Under the pieces are notes generated by a model that did no database searches, was not told the DNA's origin, and saw nothing but the letters and a program-made list of their open reading frames with translations. The position numbers and the translations under genes are program-made. Source: Candidatus Latescibacterota bacterium (GTDB lineage Bacteria > Latescibacterota > UBA2968 > UBA8231). Taken from it: a stretch of 64,000 bases of DNA. Below, one piece after another: positions 55,301 through 63,809 of this stretch. Within the stretch, counting starts at the first letter, position 1; each line of letters begins with the position of its first letter. The stretch spans positions 5,120,001 to 5,184,000 of the forward strand of contig OZ242005.1 of assembly GCA_965204725.1 (NCBI GenBank). Reading direction: 5' to 3'.

Positions 55301-57195
55301 TGATGTCGATCATCTCCGGCCGCTTCAACGAGCAGATGAAGAAGCTGCGCACCGAGGTGGCCGTGATCCACGACACGGATGTCAGCCGCTCTTCGGCCTC
55401 GCTCACGGCTTTTCAGCTTGGGATTTCCAATATGAAGCGGCGCAAGACGCGCACGGTCCTCACCTTTACCACGCTCTTGCTGCTGACCTTTACGGTCCTC
55501 TCCTTCACCTCCATCCGCACCGGCCTGCGGTTCAATCAAATCAGCCGCGACAACGAGGGCCTCTACGAGGGCATCCTAATCCGCAGCAAGGCGTGGAATC
55601 CCATGGAGGATTCCGTCCTCGAATACGCGCGCAGCAATTTCGGCGATCGGGCTGCGGTCGCGCCGCGCAGTTGGTACAGCAATAAGGCCAAAGCGCACAT
55701 CAAGATAAAACACGGAGAAAACGCCCATAACGCCCTCGGCGTCTTGGGCCTGACCCCGGAGGAAACCGAGGTCACCGGGCTGGACCAAGCCCTCGTCGCC
55801 GGGCGGTGGTTTGCGCCGGGCGAGGACAAGGTCTGCATCCTGCCCATCGACATGGTCAAGGAGGCCCATCTCGACGTCGATCTGGCCGATGTCGGCCAAG
55901 CGCAGGTCCGCATCTTCGGCGACTTGTTCACGGTGGTTGGCGTCCTCGACTCCAAGCGGATGAAGGACCTCAAAGACCTCGACGACGAAATCCTGACGCC
56001 GGCTGACTTTGCCGTCACCGGCGGCCAAGCCGTGCAGGAAATCGCCGAGGAGGAAAAGCGCGAGAAGCAGGGCTTGGAGGACGCCAAAGTCGTCATCAAG
56101 CCCTTTGTCCATCTGGAGCCAGCCAACATCCTCATCGTGCCCTACCACACGCTGCGCAACGTCGGCAGCGGCAACCCCTTACAGTCTGTGGCCGTGCGCT
56201 TTCCCGCCGGCAGCGACGTGCGCGGTGAGGTCGAGGAATTTCTCTCGCGCCTCGCGGTGACCCTGTTTGCTGGCATCAAGGAGCCGGGCGACGAATACAT
56301 CAAGGTGGCGATTTACTCTTCGCTGGGGCTGACCTCCTTTTCCGGGATGAGCAACTTGTTCATCCCCATGCTGATCGCTTCGCTCATCGTGCTCAATACC
56401 ATGATGGGCAGCGTGTACGAGCGCTTCCGCGAGATTGGCATCTACTCTTCAGTCGGCCTCGCGCCCGGCCATATCTCTTGGCTGTTTATCGCCGAGAGTT
56501 GCGTCTATTCGGTATTGGGCGTCGTCGCTGGTTATCTCAGCGGCCAAGTAATCGCCAAGGTGCTCATTGAGTCCGACCTGCTCGGAGGCTTCACGCTCAA
56601 CTACTCTTCTGTGGCTGCGGTGCTGTCCTGTATGCTGGTGATGGCCGTGGTCATGCTCTCGACGATTTATCCCGCCCGCAAGGCTTCGCAAATGGCCGTG
56701 CCGGACGTGACCCGCAAGTGGAAGCTGCCGCCGCCCGATGGCGACCAGTGGGATTTCGAGTTCCCCTTTACGGTGAGCGGCCACGAAGTCTTGGGCTTGA
56801 GCGTATTCCTCATCGGCTACTTCGATTCCTACAGCGAAGAGTCCATCGGCACCTTCTACACCGACGGTGCTCAGCTGCGCCGCGAAGAGACGCCCAACGG
56901 CGAAGGGTATCTCATCGACATGAATATCTGGCTGGCTCCGTTCGACTTGGGCGTCAGCCAACACGTCACCGTGCGGGCCATGCCCGAGGACGAGCACAAC
57001 ATCTACTCCGTCGGCCTGCAAATCAAGCGACTCAGCGGCGAGGATGCCTCGTGGCGTCGGGTCAACCAACGCTTTATGAACGTCATCCGCAAACAGTTCC
57101 TTATCTGGCGCACGGTGGATGCCGAGGCCAAGGAGAGCTACCGCCAACAGGGCGCGGAAATTCTGCAAGGGCTGCGTAGCGAAGTGTCGGCGTAG
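52372..57195 (+). CDS. Large fusion: signal peptide, PA/M28 peptidase-like ectodomain, TM bundle, MacB/FtsX-type permease
   Basis: GSRVAGYRG, LEAYYD, APGAEQASS..ALLELA; LGISNMKRRKTRT; SVYERFREIGIYSSVGLAP; IYPARKA. Confidence 0.8.
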   Translation: MPKFAVRWMALGWVLASAAPAWTEVDFAELAHTTPVERVQQTMDTFAGLGSRVAGYRGADQAAQIVQERFRAIGLDDIAVHEYDVSIPVDKGGFLQVVGSDEQVPIHGLWPNLVKTSTLPEGGVTQRLIDAGAGEYADMDGQQVEGAVALMDFNSDDAWLNAAYLGAQAILFIEPDSTVYLEGEKKFLTMPLDLPRFWVNRQAGQRLRRQLATEGEQTLHLEYRMDWERRPAWNILGSIPGYDPLMKEDVIVLEAYYDAMSVVPALAPGAEQASSITALLELARYFRANPPARTIVFLATSAHHLGLRGVDDFIQRYLRKEDPFIEHMLVRRVVDAALAQDLIAQDGIHYAIGEDQFTGKEALVRGVAEGRTDLAVRVADAALAEGLLAQAEATPSSSSWWKKTIAWLRGLLSREEGVLHLADKQFKDRRELIAQLDADDDLRLALYKRWADPKIDSLAVKLFISLDLSSQTDELGVWNSNTSFYYKRYFAPFGKNFMGYARTISRELGYQQRDVLVNGISPEGGMSWQTFVPGEISVNSELVLATGTPALAFVTVNDARFLVDTPLDRAERVNHANLAKQIRVLAGMFEMAFEDPELFPDFKMRLRDNLRSLRGRTMVFPRRSIIPDLPRADAVAVVRNGKKKSYKGVRGEYYEVVDDKGAFFVNRVRVNNVQIEGYYMDPITGRITYAPDRGVQGDESYPMKVAMDWRDKQWMVILFPCVPYNFFDIVDPRYLTKLSNVEVFDETNSAPVEYGYTIGEGPSAQNEPVGVLFARPGSRIKMGFGAGLLGFRSLLLNATSVTDKEKAEGEGFEIRPGTSFARTTFQAAQDMWNLDESRMRELRSFAIENQRLNDLHYRAETELDQAAAAGTEQRWGDFVRHTRAAFGLESRAYPDVKSTQNDVIQGIIFFMALVIPCAFFTERLLFTAATIRNQIIGFVGVFIAIWSVLWMVHPAFQLSNPFVILLAFVIIALAVLVMSIISGRFNEQMKKLRTEVAVIHDTDVSRSSASLTAFQLGISNMKRRKTRTVLTFTTLLLLTFTVLSFTSIRTGLRFNQISRDNEGLYEGILIRSKAWNPMEDSVLEYARSNFGDRAAVAPRSWYSNKAKAHIKIKHGENAHNALGVLGLTPEETEVTGLDQALVAGRWFAPGEDKVCILPIDMVKEAHLDVDLADVGQAQVRIFGDLFTVVGVLDSKRMKDLKDLDDEILTPADFAVTGGQAVQEIAEEEKREKQGLEDAKVVIKPFVHLEPANILIVPYHTLRNVGSGNPLQSVAVRFPAGSDVRGEVEEFLSRLAVTLFAGIKEPGDEYIKVAIYSSLGLTSFSGMSNLFIPMLIASLIVLNTMMGSVYERFREIGIYSSVGLAPGHISWLFIAESCVYSVLGVVAGYLSGQVIAKVLIESDLLGGFTLNYSSVAAVLSCMLVMAVVMLSTIYPARKASQMAVPDVTRKWKLPPPDGDQWDFEFPFTVSGHEVLGLSVFLIGYFDSYSEESIGTFYTDGAQLRREETPNGEGYLIDMNIWLAPFDLGVSQHVTVRAMPEDEHNIYSVGLQIKRLSGEDASWRRVNQRFMNVIRKQFLIWRTVDAEAKESYRQQGAEILQGLRSEVSA

Positions 57196-57211
57196 GTGCG
57201 GTCTAAGAGGC

Positions 57212-57265
57212 GTCATTCCCGCGAACGGACGTCACCCCGTGCCCCGACACGGGGCGGGAATCCAG
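57212..57265. repeat. REP-like palindromic element with a second hairpin nested in its loop
   Basis: GTCATTCCCGCG...GCGGGAATCCAG enclosing GTCACCCCGTG-CCCCGA-CACGGGG. Confidence 0.6.
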
Positions 57266-57565
57266 CCGGTATCGTTTAGACTCAAAGGACGCCCACCAGA
57301 GTTTGCAGACCGCTTCTAAGTAGAAGTTTCCCGTCTCGACCGGCGGCTCGGCGGTAGCGGGTTTGCCTATTCTTTCCAGATCAACGACCAGATGACAGCC
57401 GTCGTGTGGTTCGTTCTGCTCCTTCTTTTTTACTCAAACATAACAAGCGTACCGAGGGGGATGTGGGCGCGTCGTCGGAGGCGTATCGGCCGGTTCGGGG
57501 GATGAGGATTGGCAACTGCGGGCAACGGCTCGCTACCTGCTCTTAGGGAGCGTGGAGGACACAAA

Positions 57566-58408
57566 ATGTGGACGTATCGAGTGGGCATCATTGCGTTGTT
57601 CGTCCTATTGCGGATGGGCGATGCGGATGCGGATGCGGAGCCAGCAGAAATCACGATTCACATCCGTGGACAGTACAAGGCGGAGATTTCGGCTCTGTTG
57701 TTGGCGGCTGATGGGGGGACGACGAGGACTGGGATCGCCGAGTTGGATTCCCTTGCTGCCACATACCGCCTGATGGGGATAGATCATAAGTCTGGCTTTT
57801 ATGGGTATCGGTTTCGGCTGACGTTTCCACCGGGTGCGGATGGGGCCGCCATGGCCGGAGCCTATAGGAACCTATCCTATATACAATCGGTTGAATCGGT
57901 TAGCTCCTTGACGGTGAACGAGAGACACCGCCCTTTCCTTTTGTTTGACATAGAAGACAGGGGACTCCGGTTGCTCGCAAAGGTGGGTGCTGGGACTGTT
58001 TCGGGGCTCGCTCTTACAGCCTTGTCCATACCTTTTCAGGACGGGATAGTTGAGCCATCTGGCGACCCTGACACTGACGCTTGGAGAGGATTAGAATTTC
58101 TTTTAATTGGCACAGCCATCGGCTGTAGTGTCGGATTCCCGTTGGGTGTGAGCTTAGTCGATCCTTATGATTCTTTACCCAAGACTCTACTCGCCGGTGT
58201 TATACCGGGAGCGGTCGGCTTTTCCACCTTGTTACTAAATCAAGAGGCCGCGGGCATAGCGTTCTTGTCTATGTACGTCGTCCCTGTTATTAGTTCACCT
58301 ATTATGTCTGAACTATCGCGCCAGCCTCCTCAAGCCCGCCGCGTCTCCTTCGCTTTATCCCCCACCCTCAACGGCGGCCTCTCCGCCGTAGCCCAACTTC
58401 GCTTTTGA
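57566..58408 (+). CDS. Array paralog 1 (type A C-module), secreted/membrane protein
   Basis: SD GGAGG; signal peptide; EITIHI...TGIAELDSLAA core; ends SPTLNGGLSAVAQLRF. Confidence 0.75.
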   Translation: MWTYRVGIIALFVLLRMGDADADAEPAEITIHIRGQYKAEISALLLAADGGTTRTGIAELDSLAATYRLMGIDHKSGFYGYRFRLTFPPGADGAAMAGAYRNLSYIQSVESVSSLTVNERHRPFLLFDIEDRGLRLLAKVGAGTVSGLALTALSIPFQDGIVEPSGDPDTDAWRGLEFLLIGTAIGCSVGFPLGVSLVDPYDSLPKTLLAGVIPGAVGFSTLLLNQEAAGIAFLSMYVVPVISSPIMSELSRQPPQARRVSFALSPTLNGGLSAVAQLRF

Positions 58409-58435
58409 CCTTGCAACAAGAGAAAGGCTCGCCTC

Positions 58436-59296
58436 ATGTCCCCTATGATCGCTGTACTTACCCTGTTCGCCGCTTTCATGGCAGCGGAGGCCGATGCGAG
58501 AACAGAGCCAGCAGAAATCACGATTCACATTCGCGGCGAGCACAAAGCGGTGATTTCGGCTCTGTTGGCGGCAGTTGACGAGGGGACGACGAGGACCGGG
58601 ATCGCCGAATTGGATTCCCTTGCTGCCACCTACGGCCTGATGGGGATAGAGCGCAAAGGTAGGTCTAGTTTTTATGGGTATCGTTTTCGGCTGACGTTTT
58701 CGCCGGGTGCGGATGGGGCCGCCATTGCCGGAGCATATTGGACCTTAGCCTATATACAATCGGTCGAGCCGGATCCACCACCCGGAGCGAGAGCCCAGAA
58801 GCTGGTCCAGCCGACTCCTACTCTCGGTAATTCCCTAAATAATAGGGCTATTACGCGGATTCCCAAAAAGATAGGCGTAGGTGCGCTGACGACAGTCGGG
58901 GTAGGAATCGCATTATTGCCAGGGGCAGGGACAGCGGGAGATGATGGTATTGGTGCAGGACTTGCCGGGATTACATCACTATTTCTTGGATACCCTCTTG
59001 GCGTGTACTTGGCCGATAGGAAAGAGAGTTCATTCTGGCTGACATTCCTCGGTAGCGGTTTAGGATGGTGGGGGGGTGTTAAAATGTTAGATTCGCCAAA
59101 TTCTAGCACGTTATCAGAGTGGGCTGCTTTGATAACTATACTTGGGGCACCAGTGCTTGCATCGGAGCTATCGCGGAAGGACGCCGTAACAGGAGGCCCC
59201 AAGCGACCCAAGCAATCTCAAGACCTACGGTTTTCTCTCGGTTTGGTGCCGGAGTTCCAAGGAGGCTTGTCGGCTGTCGCCACGCTGCGCTTTTAA
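58436..59296 (+). CDS. Array paralog 2 (type B C-module)
   Basis: Same core; ends PEFQGGLSAVATLRF. Confidence 0.78.
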   Translation: MSPMIAVLTLFAAFMAAEADARTEPAEITIHIRGEHKAVISALLAAVDEGTTRTGIAELDSLAATYGLMGIERKGRSSFYGYRFRLTFSPGADGAAIAGAYWTLAYIQSVEPDPPPGARAQKLVQPTPTLGNSLNNRAITRIPKKIGVGALTTVGVGIALLPGAGTAGDDGIGAGLAGITSLFLGYPLGVYLADRKESSFWLTFLGSGLGWWGGVKMLDSPNSSTLSEWAALITILGAPVLASELSRKDAVTGGPKRPKQSQDLRFSLGLVPEFQGGLSAVATLRF

Positions 59297-59500
59297 TCCC
59301 TCAATGACGGGAGGATACGCTTTATGCCGCTTATGATCGTTGCTACCCTGTTCGCCATACTCATGGTAGAGGAGGCCGAGGCAGAGACGAAGCCAGCAGA
59401 AATCACGATCCACATCCGTGGAGAGCACAAGGCGGTGATTTCGGCTCTGTTGGCGGCGGTTGACGAGGGGACGACGAGGACCGGGATCGCCGAGTTGGAT
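59142..59500 (+). repeat. ~360-bp direct repeat spanning the gene 2/3 junction (second copy about 60021-60379)
   Basis: Near-identical over about 225 bp (3' end of gene, intergenic, signal peptide), still highly similar into the core domain; offset 879 bp. Confidence 0.9.
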
Positions 59501-60175
59501 TCCTTGGCGGCCATCTATGGCCTGAGGGATATATCACAAGTCCCTTTTTTTAGGTATCGGTTTCGGCTGACGTTTCCGCCGGATGCGGATGGGGCCGCCA
59601 TGGCCGGAGCATATTGGAACTTAGCCTATATACAATCGGTCGAGCCGGATCCACCACCCGAGGCATGGGAGACATCCTCTCAAAGACCGGCAGGTCAAGA
59701 GACTACAAGTACGACGGCAGTGAAAAAACAAGGCTCTAGCTTTTTGAGAGGCTCTTTAAGAGTGGTAAAAAAGGTGGCCTCCGGTACGATAGTTGGGATC
59801 GTATTCTCTGGGATCGTACTCGGAGGGTCGAGATCTGCAGGGGGAGATTCTGGTATTGGTGCCGCGGCGGCCGGGTATGCCGCCTTCGGTCTCGGATACC
59901 CTATTGGCGTGTACGCAGTCGATGCGAGAGAGAGTTCGTTCTGGCTTACACTCATAGGTGGCGGTTTAGGATGGTGGGGGGCTGCTACATTATCAGAGCG
60001 GGCCGCTTGGGTGACTTTTTTTGGGGCACCAGTGCTTGCATCGGAGCTATCGCGGAAGGACGCCGTAACAGGAGGCCCCAAGCAACCCAAGCAATCTCAA
60101 GACCTACGGTTTTCTCTCGGTTTGGTGCCGGAGTTCCAAGGAGGCTTGTCGGCTGTCGCCACGCTGCGCTTTTAA
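59324..60175 (+). CDS. Array paralog 3 (type B C-module)
   Basis: SD GGGAGG; same core; C-terminus nearly identical to paralog 2. Confidence 0.78.
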   Translation: MPLMIVATLFAILMVEEAEAETKPAEITIHIRGEHKAVISALLAAVDEGTTRTGIAELDSLAAIYGLRDISQVPFFRYRFRLTFPPDADGAAMAGAYWNLAYIQSVEPDPPPEAWETSSQRPAGQETTSTTAVKKQGSSFLRGSLRVVKKVASGTIVGIVFSGIVLGGSRSAGGDSGIGAAAAGYAAFGLGYPIGVYAVDARESSFWLTLIGGGLGWWGAATLSERAAWVTFFGAPVLASELSRKDAVTGGPKQPKQSQDLRFSLGLVPEFQGGLSAVATLRF

Positions 60176-60202
60176 TCCCTCAATGACGGGAGGATACGCT
60201 TT

Positions 60203-61033
60203 ATGCCGCTTATGATCGTTGCTACCCTGTTCGCCATACTCATGGTAAAGGAGGCCGATGCAGAGACGAAGCCAGCAGAAATCACGATCCACATTCGCGG
60301 CGAACACAAAGCGGTGATTTCGGCTCTGTTGGCGGCTGTTGACGAGGAGACGACGAGGACCGGGATCGCCGAATTGGATTCTGTTGCTGCCACCTACGGC
60401 CTGATGGGGATAGATCGCAAGGGTCGATCCTCTGGCTTTTATGGGTATCGGTTTCAACTGACGTTTCCGCCGGATTCGGATAGGGCCGCCATTGCCGGAG
60501 CCTATTGGACCTTACCCTATATACAATCGACTGACCCGGAGCCACCCCCCGAGGCGCGAGCCCGGAAGATGCACCGTCCTTTTAACATAGAAAACAGGGG
60601 ACTACGGTTGCTCGCAAAGGTGGCCGCTGGAACTGGTTTGGGGATCGTTGTTACAGCCATGACCTTGGATATTCAGGCCGCGATACATGAGCCATCTGGC
60701 AACATTGACTTATTAAACTCTCTTGTAACGGGCACAGCCATCGGCTGGAGTGTCGGCTTCCCGTTGGGTGTGAGCTTAGTCGATCCTTATGATGCTTTAC
60801 CCAAGACTCTACTCGCCGGTGTTATACCGGGAGCGGTCGGCTTTTCCTACTTGTTACTAAATCAAGACAACGCGGGCATAGAAGCGTTCTTTTTTCTGTA
60901 CGTCGCCCCTTCTATTGGTTCATTGATCGTGTCAGAGAAGTCGCGCCAGCCTCCTCAAGCCCGTCGCGTCTCCTTCGCTTTATCCCCCACCCTCAACGGC
61001 GGCTTCTCCGCTGTAGCCCAACTTCGCTTTTGA
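60203..61033 (+). CDS. Array paralog 4 (type A C-module)
   Basis: N-terminus nearly identical to paralog 3; C-terminal half most similar to paralog 1. Confidence 0.78.
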   Translation: MPLMIVATLFAILMVKEADAETKPAEITIHIRGEHKAVISALLAAVDEETTRTGIAELDSVAATYGLMGIDRKGRSSGFYGYRFQLTFPPDSDRAAIAGAYWTLPYIQSTDPEPPPEARARKMHRPFNIENRGLRLLAKVAAGTGLGIVVTAMTLDIQAAIHEPSGNIDLLNSLVTGTAIGWSVGFPLGVSLVDPYDALPKTLLAGVIPGAVGFSYLLLNQDNAGIEAFFFLYVAPSIGSLIVSEKSRQPPQARRVSFALSPTLNGGFSAVAQLRF

Positions 61034-61075
61034 CCCTGCACTGAGAGAAAGGCTTGAAACAGAAAGGACTGTGAC

Positions 61076-61750
61076 ATGGGCTTTATTTTGCTGGTCTTAT
61101 GGCTACTGCTCGCCCTTTGGGAGCCGGTGGCGGCTCGGACGATTCGGGTATCAGAAAAGGAATCAGAACACGGGGAACTGGCCTTATATATGGCCCTGTT
61201 AGAGGCGGCTCCTCACGATACGCTGCTCGTCGCCGCCGGGTATTACGAAGGGGTTGGTATTGACAAACCCCTGACGCTCATTGGGGCCGGAGCCGATAGC
61301 ACAATAGTGGCAGGTCCCTATACGGCAATCGGGATAGGAGCCGAAGGGGTAACTATTGAAGGATTTTATGTACAGGGCTTTGGGAAATGCCGTCTGACGA
61401 GTGCTATTTATTGTAATAACTGTTCCGCAACGCTCAAGCACAACATTCTCGAAGGATGTTACTCGGTGATTACTACCGATGGTAATGCTCGACTAACCGT
61501 CAACTACAACCACCTAATAGCAGGAACCTTCGCCTTTGACATTTTCCCCTCGGACGATCCGAGTGCTATTGACGCTCGCTTCAACTGGTGGGAGACGACG
61601 GTTGAACAGGAGATACAGGCCAAGATATCCGCGACGATGGACGAGGTGGTGTATCGGCCTTGGCTGCAAGGTCCCGAGGAAATCTTCCGTGATCTTCCTA
61701 CCTTTATATCCCCGATCAGTTGGGGTCGGTTGAAACAGAAAGGACGATGA
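61076..61750 (+). CDS. Secreted right-handed beta-helix (pectin lyase-like) protein
   Basis: Signal peptide; A...DTLLVAAGYY...IDKPLTLIGAG, VTIEGF, IDARFNWW, V.YRPWL; C-terminal PTFISPISWGRLK. Confidence 0.7.
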   Translation: MGFILLVLWLLLALWEPVAARTIRVSEKESEHGELALYMALLEAAPHDTLLVAAGYYEGVGIDKPLTLIGAGADSTIVAGPYTAIGIGAEGVTIEGFYVQGFGKCRLTSAIYCNNCSATLKHNILEGCYSVITTDGNARLTVNYNHLIAGTFAFDIFPSDDPSAIDARFNWWETTVEQEIQAKISATMDEVVYRPWLQGPEEIFRDLPTFISPISWGRLKQKGR

Positions 61751-61751
61751 C

Positions 61752-63101
61752 ATGCGCTTTATCTTGCTACTCTTTCTGTTGGGAGTTGGCTCTGCGGCTG
61801 GCGACGCCAGCGAGCCGGTTCCCTCGCCGCCCTACTGGACGGGTCGGATCGAACAGGACACGACGTGGCGCGACACGGTATATGTCGGCGGCGACGTGAC
61901 GATTGCAGCAGCGGCGACCCTGACGCTGGCTCCCAATACGCAGGTTCTCTTTCTGCCCTACCACGATGCGACCCGAAGCGGCTTGGACTCGACCCGTGCG
62001 GAACTGACCGTCGAAGGGCGGCTGGCGGCGCAAGCAGGCGGCATCGTCTTTCGTTCAGCGGATGCGGGTTCGTTGGGAGCCGATTGGCATGGCCTTGTCG
62101 TCGAGCGAGGTGGGCGAGCGGACGTATCCAACGCTGCGATACGCGATGGCTTGCGCTGTCTGTATGCCAAGCGGGGTGGGCGCGTCAGGATGGACGCTAT
62201 CGCCTTTGCCAACTGCGGCAAGCCGACCGCACCAGCGGATGCGGCCAAGCTGGCGACGCCGGCGGGAACATGGCGAAAAGAAGAGCTTGGGCTGTTCCAT
62301 CCACGCGAAACAAAAATCACACCCCCGATGAACCAACCATTCGAGAGACAAGAGATCACGATTCATATCAGTGGAGAGCACAAGGCGGTGATTTCGGCTT
62401 TGTCGGCGGCTGTTGACGAGGAGACGACGGTTACGGGGATCGCCGAGTTGGATTCTCTTGCTGCCATCTATGGCCTGATGGGGATATATCGTACGGGTCG
62501 ATCCTCTAACGTTGATGATGGGTCTCGGTTTCGGCTGACGTTTCCGCCGGGTGCGGAGGTGGCCGCCATTGCCGAAGCCTATTTGAACCTATCTTATATA
62601 CAATCGGTAGGGAACGAGAGGCACCGCCCTTTTGACATAGAAAACAGGGGACTACGATTACTCACAAAGGTGGCCGCTGGGACTGCTTCGGGGGCCGCTC
62701 TTACAGCCATGACCACGAGTGCTCTGGGCGCAATAGATGAACCATCTGACGACCATAACAATAATCCTTATGGAGGATTAGACTTTTTCATATTTGGCGC
62801 AGCCATCGGCAGTACGGTCGGATTCCCAATTGGTGTGAGCTTAGTTGATCCTTACGATTCTTTCGTCGCGACACTCATGGGCGGTGTTATGACTGGAGGG
62901 GGTGGTTTAGCCTTGGTAGGAGCTGGGAGGGGCTCATGGCTCTCGGTTATAGGGGGAGCGGTGGCCTTATGCGGCCCTTTTATTGGTTCACTCAGTGCGT
63001 CAGAGAAGTCGCGCCAGCCTCCTCAAGACCGCCGGATCTCCTTCGCTTTATCCCCGACCCTCAACGGCGGCCTCTCCGCCGTTACCACGTTGCGCTTTTG
63101 A
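61752..63101 (+). CDS. Array paralog 5: beta-helix cap module fused to core and type A C-module
   Basis: G.IEQDTTW...VGGDVTI...ATLTL.P module, then EITIHISGEHK core; ends SPTLNGGLSAVTTLRF. Confidence 0.78.
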   Translation: MRFILLLFLLGVGSAAGDASEPVPSPPYWTGRIEQDTTWRDTVYVGGDVTIAAAATLTLAPNTQVLFLPYHDATRSGLDSTRAELTVEGRLAAQAGGIVFRSADAGSLGADWHGLVVERGGRADVSNAAIRDGLRCLYAKRGGRVRMDAIAFANCGKPTAPADAAKLATPAGTWRKEELGLFHPRETKITPPMNQPFERQEITIHISGEHKAVISALSAAVDEETTVTGIAELDSLAAIYGLMGIYRTGRSSNVDDGSRFRLTFPPGAEVAAIAEAYLNLSYIQSVGNERHRPFDIENRGLRLLTKVAAGTASGAALTAMTTSALGAIDEPSDDHNNNPYGGLDFFIFGAAIGSTVGFPIGVSLVDPYDSFVATLMGGVMTGGGGLALVGAGRGSWLSVIGGAVALCGPFIGSLSASEKSRQPPQDRRISFALSPTLNGGLSAVTTLRF

Positions 63102-63130
63102 CCCTGCAACAAGAAGAAAGGCCCCGCCCC

Positions 63131-63175
63131 ATGTTCCTTCGGCTCTGTCGGCGGCGGTTGACGCGGAGACGATAG
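63131..63175 (+). pseudogene. Relic of a further array paralog
   Basis: Follows the same intergenic sequence as the gene 1/2 junction; ATGTTCC then TTCGGCTCTGTCGGCGGCGGTTGACGCGGAGACGA, matching the SAL(L/S)AAVD..T core. Confidence 0.65.
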
Positions 63176-63178
63176 GTG

Positions 63179-63202
63179 GCCCTTTGCCGGAGGGCTTTTT
63201 TT
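63179..63202 (+). terminator. Intrinsic terminator
   Basis: GCCCT-N7-AGGGC followed by T7. Confidence 0.65.
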
Positions 63203-63266
63203 AGCATATTAAGGAGCATGGTGCGGCTCCTGCTTATACCACTGTCCAGCTTGGGAGGCGTCAAAA

Positions 63267-63809
63267 ATGGACTGGAATAATCCTCTTATCTACATAGTTC
63301 CCGGACTAGCTGTCCTTGGATGGATCATCCGTTTGGAAAGATGGATGGGTAAGAAAGACGAGTCTATACGCCTCATAGAAGAGAATATCGTGAAATTAGA
63401 AGCAGCTATCCGTGAAATAAGGACGGATATTAAGGAATTGTTCAGAAATGGCCCTGGGGCGGTTACTGCACAAAATAGCCCGCTCCGCTTAACTGAGCGG
63501 GGAGAGGCTATCTCTGAGGTGTTGGGAGCAAAGGCGTGGGCAACGCGGACGGCGCAGGACGTATCACCTAAGCTGAAGGGGAGCCACCCCTATGATATTC
63601 AAATGTTCTGTATGGACTACGTGGACCAAACTTCCAATTTTACCCGCGAGTTTATTGACCAGATTAAGACGTACTCGTATGAGAAAGCTGTGCCGATGAG
63701 CCAAATTAAGGACGTGATGGCGGTAGAATTGCGCGATGCGATCCTGACAGCTATTGCCCGATTAAAGCCGGATGAAGCGTCAGCGTCCCGCCGATATGAA
63801 CCAACTTAG
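63267..63809 (+). CDS. Hypothetical protein with N-terminal TM, coiled coil and SPLRLT..G motif
   Basis: SD GGGAGG; lower GC than the core genes. Confidence 0.7.
   Translation: MDWNNPLIYIVPGLAVLGWIIRLERWMGKKDESIRLIEENIVKLEAAIREIRTDIKELFRNGPGAVTAQNSPLRLTERGEAISEVLGAKAWATRTAQDVSPKLKGSHPYDIQMFCMDYVDQTSNFTREFIDQIKTYSYEKAVPMSQIKDVMAVELRDAILTAIARLKPDEASASRRYEPT

Noticed and set aside
57566-63175. Diversity-generating retroelement as the source of array variation
   Set aside because: No reverse transcriptase in the window; differences between copies involve all bases and indels rather than adenine-specific changes
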